A DNA stretch of 64,000 bases, taken from a bacterium (GTDB lineage Bacteria > UBA8248). Where the stretch lies: positions 1,280,001 through 1,344,000 of the forward strand of contig OZ242260.1 in the NCBI GenBank assembly GCA_965207065.1. The letters are read 5' to 3'. The position numbers and the translations under genes are program-made. Below are positions 38,475 to 48,400 of the stretch, piece by piece; position 1 is the first letter of the stretch, and every line of letters starts with the position of its first letter. A model generated the notes under the pieces. The model was not told where the DNA came from. It saw nothing but the letters and a program-made list of their open reading frames with translations, and ran no database searches.

Positions 38475-38933
38475 CTACAAAGTGCCGTTGATGGCGTAGT
38501 TCAGTATGCGCACCACCTGTTCGGGCTCTTCGGCCACGGCCATGGCGGCAGCATCGACTTCCTTGAGCGCGTGGGTGTGGCCCGGGTCGTGCAGAGTGAT
38601 GACGGCTTTTCCCAGAGCCGCCGCGTAGCCCGCATCGAAAGCGGCGTTCCACTGCCTGTATTTCTCACCGAAGCGCACGACCACGACGTCGGCCTTCTCG
38701 ATGAGCGTACGGGTTCTGATGGCGTTCACACCCGCGCCCTTGCGGTCTTTCCAGAACGGTTTTTCCTCATCTCCGAGGATGGACACGCCGCAATCGTCAC
38801 TCGCGTCGTGGTCAGTTACGGGGGCGAGAAAGGTTACCGGCAGACCCGCCTTTTCCGCGCCCTCGGTGATCCGCTCGCGCCAGTCGGTGTGCACTTCTCC
38901 CGAAAGATAGACCGTCCAACTTGTCTGAGACAT
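38475..38933 (-). CDS. ytoQ: YtoQ family protein
   Basis: VYLSGE.HTDWR, H.ASDDCG, RFGEKYRQWNAAFDAG, HALKEVD. Confidence 0.88.
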   Translation of the reverse strand: MSQTSWTVYLSGEVHTDWRERITEGAEKAGLPVTFLAPVTDHDASDDCGVSILGDEEKPFWKDRKGAGVNAIRTRTLIEKADVVVVRFGEKYRQWNAAFDAGYAAALGKAVITLHDPGHTHALKEVDAAAMAVAEEPEQVVRILNYAINGTL

Positions 38934-39003
38934 GGAACGCGCTCCTTTATGCTTTGAATTAAATGATGTGAAAGATGAAGGTTTCTCGTTTATTGAAGAA
39001 GTG

Positions 39004-39033
39004 AAAAACCCCGGCCCTCGCGGACCGGGGTTT
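39004..39033 (-). terminator. Intrinsic terminator (minus strand)
   Basis: AAACCCCGG-loop-CCGGGGTTTTT when read on the minus strand. Confidence 0.75.
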
Positions 39034-39108
39034 CCCATCGTTCGGTGGTCTGGTGGGGATTCGCCTGGGCGAAGATGAACCCGGTGAATCTCCTCAGGGC
39101 TCTCTCCC

Positions 39109-39147
39109 CTAGGCTCCAGCCACCTCGTCCCTACAGTCTATTTTCAT
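39109..39147 (-). CDS. 12-aa small ORF MKIDCRDEVAGA
   Basis: ATG 4 nt after AGAAAGGAGGTGATCC; own promoter-like and terminator elements. Confidence 0.5.
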   Translation of the reverse strand: MKIDCRDEVAGA

Positions 39148-39179
39148 ATTAGGATCACCTCCTTTCTGACGTACCTGGG

Positions 39180-39208
39180 ATCATCGAAAAAGTGAGCGGA
39201 AAAGTCAA
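39180..39208 (-). promoter_or_regulatory. Putative sigma70 promoter for the small transcript
   Basis: TTGACT-17 bp-GATGAT on the minus strand, divergent from the tRNA. Confidence 0.45.
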
Positions 39209-39306
39209 GGCGCGATCTTGGCGGCGGACTGACAGGCCCGCGCCGTCCGTGATATACAAACCACCGCGTGGCCAATTCGCGCTTTCACGCCACGGCCCCA
39301 CCCCGC

Positions 39307-39401
<95 letters not shown>

Positions 39402-39530
39402 TCGATTCTTTCAGCCTGATATACGAACGGTGCATACTTATATCTAATTATATTTATTATGTTTATTCTTTTTTGTGTTTTGTTTGAAATCTACTGACCG
39501 ATGCTTGTAATCAAAGCGAATGCGGATTGA

Positions 39531-39760
39531 TTATAATTTACGCGTATCCCAGAGGCGCTCAGCGCCTCCGGACACCACGCCCCAGGAGGTGACTGCCCGG
39601 ATCGTGAGGCCCCTGTCCCCGGAGCCTGCGGAGTAAAAGAGCGTGGCGCTCACGCCCCATTCCTCATAGTATGCCTGTTCGTGCGCGATGAGACCGCGCG
39701 CGCCCATCTCCACCGTGAGGCCGGTGGGATTCGAGTAGCGGAACCCGAGGCGAAGCCCGT
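39531..39760 (-). pseudogene. Fragment of autotransporter-like beta-barrel protein
   Basis: GLTVEMGARGLIAHE...EWGVSATL.Y..G...RGL amphipathic strands; no start or N-terminus. Confidence 0.55.
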
Positions 39761-39848
39761 GCGCACCACCCGCCTGTCCGCGATCAACGCGAGCGTCGGT
39801 GTGCCGCCGGAAGTGTCCATCACGACCGCCGCCGAGAACGTCACCGTC

Positions 39849-40169
39849 GCCTGGGCCTCGACCGTGCATGCCTTCCAGGGCCGGACGGTCGATACCGTCA
39901 TCGCCGCCATGGAGGCCAACCATCCCAACCTCACCAACCAGAAGACACTCTACGTCGAGATCAGCCGCGCCCGGGCGGAACTCGTGACCGACGATACGAA
40001 GGCCCTACGCGAACGGCTCGAAGCCGCGACGGGGGAGCGGGTCGCGGCGCTAGAGTCGTTCGGCGACAGGCAGCAATACTTGGTGAAATCGAACGAGACG
40101 GCGCAACCCGTGGAGCGGCAGAATCTGGAGACAGGGAAGGTCCGCTATGAACGCGGGATGGAGATGTAG
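39849..40169 (+). pseudogene. C-terminal fragment of conjugative relaxase/helicase (TrwC/TraI-like)
   Basis: AWASTVHAFQGRTVD...QKTLYVEISRAR (helicase motifs V/VI); tail ending ERGMEM. Confidence 0.75.
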
Positions 40170-42063
40170 GAAATACGCTAACGAAATTTTCGTACCAAAT
40201 TGCTAATCGTATTTCGCCCGTTTAGAGATTGTGGGGGATTTCCAGCGGGCTTGGAATTGCGTTATCTCATTGACATTATTGGGAAAGGTTCCTTATTTCC
40301 GATCTTGTTCGTGACCCGTCTTTAGCGATAAGTAATCAAATCGAAAGCGGACGAATTAAAACTCGTGCGTATTCCGACGCGTCGGCGTCGTATCCGTCCA
40401 TACATGTTCAATCGTGGAGTGAAAACGTACTGGAATGTACAGGCCAAACTGACTACGTCGTGTAATATCAAAAACTGTCTTGGAACAGGCGAAAATTTCA
40501 CCCGACGCCTGAACCATTACGCAAGAGTTGGTTCGTGGTGTGGCGGACGGGCCGATACCAGAGATTGAGGATATGTATCCCGTCGCTGGCCGGCTTTCGT
40601 GAGTCATAAGGCAAAGACAGAAACTACCTCAGGCCAACGCTGACGTCGCCCCTTCTTAAAAATTCCCTTAGGAATTGCGAAAAATTTCACCAAATCTCCC
40701 CATATATAGGGAAGCGAAGAAACGTGCAATTTTCTATACTTTAATTATTGTCAGATTGTTTGGACACGCAGAATTGAAATGGACCGAAACGATTGCACCG
40801 GACGACATAACAGGTGATTTGTGTTTCTTATCCTAGGTGGAATCTGCATACTATTGCGTAGCGTTGGGCGAAGCTGCCTGATTGTGGAGGGCTCCCTTTC
40901 ATACGCGCGTATAGTGTGGCGGAAGAAATCAGAGTACGGCGCGTTAGTATGCATGGGAGCACATCGACTATGATGGTGGATGAAGGCGGAAGAGCCGGAA
41001 ATAGTACGTGGCTAGTTGAATTTTTAGAAGGATATATCTCAATCAGGATTCAGGCGATGCGGAAGAGTTCCCTAATCCGCGTTTTGCTCGCCGCTTTATA
41101 CACCTCCATGAATTATTTTACAGTTTCGTTGCGGAATCCTGATTCAGCACTTGCCCAGTTGCGCAATCCGCATGGCGAAGCGTTGGTCATCGGCAAAAAG
41201 CACTACAGCCGCCGAATTATTCCCGACGTTACGTTCGCTTGCCAAACTACGATGCTTTTCGGCTGTATGTGGAAAACGATCTCGGCTTTCATCCGAAAAA
41301 CATCAATAAACATCGAGAAGCGAGCGCAGTTATTCTGCACTTTCGGTCGAAATCAAGGCAAGGTGAGCGATCTTCTGGTGAGACTTCTCCCGGACAGTGA
41401 TCGGAAAGTTGTTCTCTACAAGCCAGGTCACGGGACACCGAGCTTGAGAGACGGAAACGGCCGCCTCCTTCCGGCGGATATCTCTCCTCGCAAGACGCAG
41501 GAAGAGGGATTGCCGCTCGAACTTCTACGTTCTGCACCAGGGGATCTCTCGAACACAAAACGTTTACAGCTGAACCAGAGCGTATGTTTCTCGGGGGCGG
41601 GTGATGGGGGCCGACTCGTGCGCAGTGCAAGTCATGTGATTGTGCGCCCGGCATTGCCAAGGGGTCTGGCGGGAAAGGTGTCGGCGTCCGCACTGGATTG
41701 CCGGGATGCAACCGCGTTGTCGGCTTACATATGGAGTCGTTCCGCTGTAGGGAGCGTAATTCTTCCGTATGAGCGCCGGCACAGCGAAGTGAGTTGCCAC
41801 CTGCCGTCGATGCGCACGTTTCAGGATATTCAATTTCCGGTGGCGCCGTTCGTGATCGCTTCCGGAGCAATACTTGTCGAGTCCCGGCGGCGTGCGTATC
41901 ACGGCGCCCATGTCGCCTGGCGGCATATGCAACTGTTTGCTCTGGCTTCGGCGAGCTCGGGGTCCATGATCGCAAGGGGGCATATGGTCAATAAAAGAGC
42001 GCCCTCGCCGCTCGATACGATGGGATACGGACTGGCCGGGCTTCCCCAGGGGAGGATGCGAGC

Positions 42064-43230
42064 ATGACAAAACGGGAGGCGTACGAGCGCATTCTGGCAT
42101 CGTTGCACGAGGCGGCGCTGGACGATACCCGCTGGTCGAATGTCTCGAAGCTGCTCGACGATACCCTCGGCGTGTACGGCAACACTATTGGGATTGGCGA
42201 CATACACTCCGGGGAGGACATCGATTACTACTACACGGGGATGTTCTTCCACGGACAACGGGACCTCGACTTAGAGCGCGAGTACTTCGACGTGTACTAC
42301 CCCCGGGACGAACGGGTCCCCCTCGTGCGGCAACTCCCCGACGGCCAATCGGCCCATATTTCCGATCTCTACACCAAAGAGGAGTTACGGACCTCCGTTG
42401 TATACAATGAATTTTTGAACCGTGCGCACGCCCAGAACTGCATCAGCTATCGCCTCGACGGACCCATGGGCTCATCCATCGCCTGGTTTATCCACGACCC
42501 CCTCGTAAGTGACGACTGGTCGTCCGCCCAACTCGACTTGATCCGGCGTCTTCTGCCCCATATACGCCAATATGTGCGCGTGCGTCAGTCGCTGGTGGGC
42601 GCCGGCGCGCTGGGTGCGTCCCTCACGGGATTGCTCGATTCGATCGGGGTGGGCGTCATCCAGCTCGACCGCCGTGGGCGGATTCTGGAAATGAATGACC
42701 ACGCCCGGGATTTGTTGCGCTCCGGAGACGGTCTATTCGACGAGCGCGGGTTCCTGTTCGCCCGAAGGCCGGAGGACGACACGCAACTCCAGCGTTTGCT
42801 GAAGCGGGCGCTGCCGCCGTTCAGGTTCCAGGGCGTCAGCGGCTCGACGACGGTGAGGCGAGCATCGGACTTCCCGCTGATGCTGCACGTCAACCCGTTG
42901 GGCGGACAAGAGAGGGACTTCCGCGTATGGCCGGTCGCGGCGCTCGTGCTGGTCGTGGACCTGGCGAGCCGTCTCCGCATCGATCCGGCCGTGGCCGAGT
43001 CGGTCCTCGGCTTGACGAAGATGCAGAGCCGGGTGGCGGTCCTTTTGGCCGAAGGCATGAGCGTCCCTGAAATCGCCGCGGCGATGGAACGAAAGCCAAG
43101 CACGATCCGCACTCACGTGAAGAACATGTCGGCGAAGCACGGTCTCTCGCGCCAGGCCGAACTGGTGGGGCTTGTACTGCAATTGGCGAACGCTCCAGAA
43201 AGTCGAGACAGAAGGCGGAAGCAGTCCTAA
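42064..43230 (+). CDS. LuxR-family transcriptional regulator with N-terminal sensor/PAS-like region
   Basis: C-terminal LT..Q.RVA.LLAEG.S..EIA......STIRTHVK....K.GLSRQAELV HTH; GGAGG RBS. Confidence 0.88.
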   Translation: MTKREAYERILASLHEAALDDTRWSNVSKLLDDTLGVYGNTIGIGDIHSGEDIDYYYTGMFFHGQRDLDLEREYFDVYYPRDERVPLVRQLPDGQSAHISDLYTKEELRTSVVYNEFLNRAHAQNCISYRLDGPMGSSIAWFIHDPLVSDDWSSAQLDLIRRLLPHIRQYVRVRQSLVGAGALGASLTGLLDSIGVGVIQLDRRGRILEMNDHARDLLRSGDGLFDERGFLFARRPEDDTQLQRLLKRALPPFRFQGVSGSTTVRRASDFPLMLHVNPLGGQERDFRVWPVAALVLVVDLASRLRIDPAVAESVLGLTKMQSRVAVLLAEGMSVPEIAAAMERKPSTIRTHVKNMSAKHGLSRQAELVGLVLQLANAPESRDRRRKQS

Positions 43231-43627
43231 ATCAGCGCCGATGTCGTTCGTTATTCCGAAAATTCCCTGGTTAATTGATTAAAATTTCGCAATATCTCCC
43301 CAGATCTGGGTAAGCGAAGACGTGTGTGAATTTTTTATAATTCAAACATCTCATCATCGACGTTGGAAAGGAGCCGGCGTGAAACTTCGTGGTGTTTGTG
43401 AGGATGTGCTCGCACTCTTGGCGGTTTCAGGTATCAACGGATCCGAGGATTGCGGATTGCAGCAGACGGGAACAAAGCAGCCGTTAAAATATTTATCGTT
43501 TTCAAAAATTCGTTCTCGCTGCTGCGCCTCGTTGTCATGGCAGCCTTCTTGACGACCTACACCCGAGATCAGTTGCGATCAACAACCGTTAGCAATACTG
43601 GATATGACCTTTGATTGGAGGTTAATT

Positions 43628-44431
43628 ATGAAAACAAGAAACATTATCTTGGTTATTTTCCTGTCCATGATTTTGTCGGCATGTTCCGGTTCATCGAATA
43701 TGTCTGCTCCGGAGGAGCCGGCGATTGACCCCTCATCAGGTTTATATAAAGTCGTCGCTCTTTCCAATTCATTAAAAACGACTAATCTATATTTTAATGG
43801 TAATCAGATTCCGCTTGAAAGTTGCGGCGGGTCAATTTGTACTGCCGAGGGCGATATTAATATACCAGTCACATTGGCAGCGAGACGTCTTGCAGATCAC
43901 GGCTTTGAAACAGAAGCGGAAATTGGCGGGGTTGAAATTGTCAGAACGGATATAGGTGATAACTGGGCGTTGCTCGGTGGATGGATGGATTATTCCGCAT
44001 TCTTTGTCGTAAAAGATTTGTTTAGAAACGATAGTTTCTTGGTTTTTTCTCAATCTATAGGTCGGTTTTATTCGATTGACGATGCTCCTTTGCCCGTAGA
44101 AGGAAGTGCTTCTTATGAAGGCGGGATGGTAGGCACAAACATCATGACAGCTGATCGCTATACAGGACAATCATCCTTGACTGCAAATTTCGGAGAAACC
44201 CCCACTATTGATATTCATTTCACCAACGTTATGAACCTGAATACTGGTGTGGCTCACTCCGATATATCATATGAGGGTGCTCCAATAAGCGAAAGGAAGG
44301 GGATTTTTAGCCAACCTTCAGACAGAAGTTATGTGAATGGTGAATTTATGGGACCGGATAACGAGGAAGTAGTCGGAGTATTTGAGCATGAAGACCTTGT
44401 CGGAGCATTTGGGGCCAAGCGCACGGAATAG
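43628..44431 (+). CDS. Surface lipoprotein with C-terminal TbpB-like barrel
   Basis: Lipobox LSAC; ends NGEFMGPDNEEVVGVF.....GAFGAKR; GGAGG RBS; AT-rich. Confidence 0.75.
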   Translation: MKTRNIILVIFLSMILSACSGSSNMSAPEEPAIDPSSGLYKVVALSNSLKTTNLYFNGNQIPLESCGGSICTAEGDINIPVTLAARRLADHGFETEAEIGGVEIVRTDIGDNWALLGGWMDYSAFFVVKDLFRNDSFLVFSQSIGRFYSIDDAPLPVEGSASYEGGMVGTNIMTADRYTGQSSLTANFGETPTIDIHFTNVMNLNTGVAHSDISYEGAPISERKGIFSQPSDRSYVNGEFMGPDNEEVVGVFEHEDLVGAFGAKRTE

Positions 44432-44658
44432 AGCGTGTCAGCGATAAATACCAAGTGTGGCCTTTAATTAATGCCACATTCTTAATTTTCACGACACATT
44501 TTGCGGGTGGTGAATCCGCTACAGAATTATCAGACACATGAGTTGCAACGCGAAGCTTCGGAGCAGCACGAGCAGCGACGTTGATTCTGATTGGCCCGCT
44601 CATCGGTTCTTACTTGCATGTCGCACTTCAAATTTGAAGAAACGACTACGAGCAGGAG

Positions 44659-44904
44659 ATGAAAATGAGCGAAATAAAGCTTCGTCTTCTGCTCATCGCG
44701 TTGTTCTTGATGGCGGCCATTGTCACATCCGGATGCCGTAGCCGTGGCGTTGGTCTCAACGCCACGATGCCAAGTGGTGACGCCGCGCCTCCACAAGCGG
44801 TAACGCTTCCAGTTTTTAGTGAAAGTCCTACAGCCAGTACAACAATAGCGGAGCCGAATGGGTTCGCTGAATACGGCAATGCGCCGAAGCCGACGCCGCC
44901 TTAA
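44659..44904 (+). CDS. Short (probably truncated) lipoprotein
   Basis: AGGAG RBS, hydrophobic signal ending TSGC, then Pro/Ala-rich linker only. Confidence 0.4.
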   Translation: MKMSEIKLRLLLIALFLMAAIVTSGCRSRGVGLNATMPSGDAAPPQAVTLPVFSESPTASTTIAEPNGFAEYGNAPKPTPP

Positions 44905-45071
44905 AGATAGACTTAAACCCGCCTGCTACCCGAACAACACCGGGCCCGAATCTTCCCATGATCGGTCTGGATACAAGCCCCGGCGCCTCAGATGAACGTC
45001 TTGCGGTGCGAGAAGATTCCTTGTTAACCGGAGGCGCCACCCCGAGTGGTACGAGACCTGGCGGCCGGCGC

Positions 45072-45215
45072 CTGGACATTCTACTGAGCGGTTCGCCGCG
45101 CCTCGTGGTTCTGGGTTCTGAATTCCGGTTGGGAATCGGATATGCGGACATCCTTGCGGTCGAAACCTCCGGCCGTCCCGCGATCATCGAGGGGAAGCTG
45201 GAGCGCAACCCCGAC
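45072..45215 (+). pseudogene. Fragment of PD-(D/E)xK nuclease (NucS-like)
   Basis: E....G.ADILAVE..GRPAIIEGK catalytic-core pattern without flanking domains. Confidence 0.5.
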
Positions 45216-45453
45216 ATAGACTGGCGCCATGCCGGGAAACAAACCGCCTGGAACTTTGCGCCCCGGTGTGAGACAGATTCGTCAACGGATCCTGGGCGTT
45301 GCCGTAGGGTGTAGCCGGACGACAAGTCATCGCCCCGAAAAAAATGTTGAGTCGGCTTTTGAATGCGCTATATGATGAATGAGTACTTCAACGACATCAT
45401 AGCGGCATGGAGATGTGTTTAATAAGGAAGATCCGTACCCGGAGGATGACTCG

Positions 45454-48400
45454 ATGAGCACAGGCGGAAATTTCCGTTCTTCCGAACTACCGCAAACCGG
45501 CGCGCAGGCGTCTTCCCGGCCCGGAGAACCCATAGCCATCGTGGGCATGGCGTGCCGGTTTCCCAACGCCGTCGGTCTCCCGGCCTTCTGGCGTCTGCTC
45601 GAGGCCGGCGAGAACGCCGTGACCAGGGGAGATCCGGGTTCGGGCGTGGGGCGCGTGGGCGTGCTTTTCCCCGACGCCGAAATCCAGAGTGAGGCCTGCC
45701 GTTTCGGCGCCTATCTCGAAGATATCGACCAGTTCGACGCCGCGTTCTTCCGCATATCGCCCGTCGAGGCCCAACTCCTGGACCCCCAGCAGCGGCTCAT
45801 GCTGGAGACGAGCTGGCGCGCGCTCGAGGACGCAGGCATGGACCCGGAGCGCCTCAGGGGCAGCCGCACCGGTGTGTACGGAGGCGTCAGCAACAACGAA
45901 TACCGAAACCTGATAATGGACGTCAGCGATACCGCGGAGCCCGCCACGAGCCTGTATACGGTCAGCGGCACCTCCTTCAATACGGCCGTCGGGCGGGTCT
46001 CCTTCGCGCTGGGCTTCGAGGGACCGGCGATTGCGCTCGATACCGCCTGTTCCTCATCGCTTGTCGCGATTCACCAGGCTGTGGCGGGCTTACAAAGGCG
46101 CGAAGCCGATCTGGCCCTGGCCGGAGGCGTGCACACGATCCTCTCGGGCCGACTGCTGGAGTTGCGCGGCAACGCCGGGATGCTCTCGCCCGAGGGGCGA
46201 TGCGCGACGTTCGACGCCGCCGCGAACGGGTACGTGCGGGGCGAGGGCTGCGGAATCGTTGTGCTCAAGCGTCTCGCCGAGGCGGAGGCGGACGGCGACC
46301 GCATCTGGGGCGTGATTCGCGGGTCGGCCATCAACCAGGACGGCGCGAGCCCGGGACTGACGGTGCCGAGCGGCGCGGCGCAGGAGCGGGTGATCGCGGA
46401 GGCGCTCTCGCGGGCCGGAATCAGGCCCCATGAAGTGGATTACCTCGAAGCGCACGGGACGGGTACGGAGGTGGGCGACCCGATTGAGCTGGAAGCGGCG
46501 GCGGCGGCATACGGCAAGGGACGCGCGGCGGACCGCCCGCTATTAATCGGTTCGGTCAAGACCAACATCGGACATCTCGAGTCCTCAGCCGGAGTCGCCG
46601 GCCTGATCAAGGCGACGCTGGCCCTGAAGCAGGGGGTGATCCCCAAACACCTGCACTTCCGGGAGCCTACTCCGGCGGTGGACTGGACGCGAATGTCCTT
46701 GCGAGTAACGGCGGAGGCGACGCAGTGGCCGCGCCATCCCGAACATCCCCCTCGGGCGGGCGTAAGCGGGTTCGGATGGTCGGGCACGAACGCCCACGTG
46801 ATCGTGGAGAGATACGAAACGCAGGAGGGGGATTCCACCGTCGGTGCGATGAATGAACCCGTGGGTTCCGCACTGCCTGTCGCCGTTTCCCCGCCCGAGC
46901 CTGCGGCGGACCCGCCTAAGGCGAGTGATGGGCTCTTAAAGCGCAAAGCACGGATTCTTCCGCTCTCGGGCAAATCGGAGGCTGCGCTTCGCGACCTTGC
47001 GGGGCGGTATCTCTCCTGGCTCGATGAGCGCGAAGAAGCACTCGCTCCCGAAAGCGCCGCGTCGGAGCCGCTGCTCTCGAACATGGCGTGGACGACCGCG
47101 GTGGGGCGGAGCCATTTCACGCACCGCGCGGGTCTCCTCTTCGGCGACGCCGCGCGGCTGCGCGAGGGGTTGAACGCTCTGGCCGAAGGCGGCGAAGCGC
47201 CGGAAGTGCGGACGGCGACCAGGGTAGCGTTCCTCTTCACCGGTCAGGGCAGCCAGTGGGTCGGCATGGGAGGAGACTTGTACGAGACGGAACCGGTGGC
47301 GCGGGCGGTTCTCGATCGTTGCGAGGAAGTCGTTCGCGAGCAAAGGGGCGCCTCGCTGCTGGATGTCATGTTCGGGCGCAGTGAGGGGAATCTGAACGAC
47401 ACCGTCTGGGCGCAGCCGGCCATCTACGCGATCGAGTGCGCCGTCACGGCGCTTTGGGCAAGCCTGGGGGTACGCCCGGACGTGGTGGTGGGACACAGCG
47501 TTGGCGAGTTCGGGGCGGCGCATGCGGCGGGGGTGTTCGGGCTCGAAGACGGAATGCGGGCCGTCATGGGGCGGAGCGAAATTCTGGCGTCGGCGCCGGA
47601 GGCCGGGACGATGGCGGCCGTATTCGCTTCTTACCCGGCAGTTGAAGCGGCGGTGCGCGAATACAACGAGTCGGCCGGGAGCGAGAGGCTTGCGATTGCG
47701 GCGAGAAACGGGGCGCACCAAGTGTTGAGCGGTCAGGTTTCCGCTGTCGAGGCGGTCTCGGAGCGCTTCGAGGCCGAAGAAGTACGGGTGAGGCCGATCA
47801 ACACGAGCCAGGCGTTCCACAGCCCTCTGGTGGAGCCGGGCCTGGATGCACTGGAAGCGCTTTTCGAGAGCGTACGGATAGCGCCTCCCTCGCTCGCCAC
47901 GCTGGTGAGCAACGTGACGGGCCGTGTGGTGGAGCCGGACGAGGTGCTCGGCGGAGGATACTGGCGCCGGCACGCCCGCGAGGCGGTGGCCTTCGACCGC
48001 GGCGTCCGCACGCTGGCGAACCTGGGCGTCGACCTGGTGGTGGAAGTCGGCCCGCACGCGGTGCTGGGACCGATGCTGTCTCTCGCCTGGCCGGGGCCGG
48101 ATGAGGGAGGGGATGACCTTGTCGGGGATGTCGAGGCTCCCCGTGTGTTGGCGAGTCTGCAAAGACCCTCGCAAGACGAGGAGAAACCGGCGGACGAGAT
48201 GGAAACAAGTTTCCCGGGCGCGGTGGCGGGGGCCTATGAGGCGGGGCTCGACCTCTCTTTCCAGGGATTGTTCGCCGGTGAAGAGCGGCGCCGCATCTCG
48301 CTGCCGGGCTATCCCTTCCAGCGCGAACGCTACTGGGTCGAGGCGCCGAAGCGGCGGCGGCGGAGCGTAGGCCTTCCCCTGCTGGGCGAGCGGCATGAAT

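Noticed and set aside
39152-39167. 16S rRNA 3' end (GGATCACCTCCTTTCT) as an rRNA gene
   Set aside because: No upstream 16S helix 44/45 sequence; better explained as an extended SD on the minus strand.
39004-39173. 6S RNA or tmRNA
   Set aside because: No end-to-end rod with a central bubble and no tRNA-like domain.
41350-41480. Possible c-di-GMP-I or Moco riboswitch (GGCAAG...GGGACAC; GGAAACGGCCGCCTCC)
   Set aside because: Only short partial matches, the conserved cores cannot be assembled, and no adjacent regulated gene; would need an Infernal scan.
40916-42067. 383-aa ORF upstream of LuxR
   Set aside because: No recognisable motifs, atypical Ser/Arg-rich composition, no clear RBS; probably spurious or decayed.
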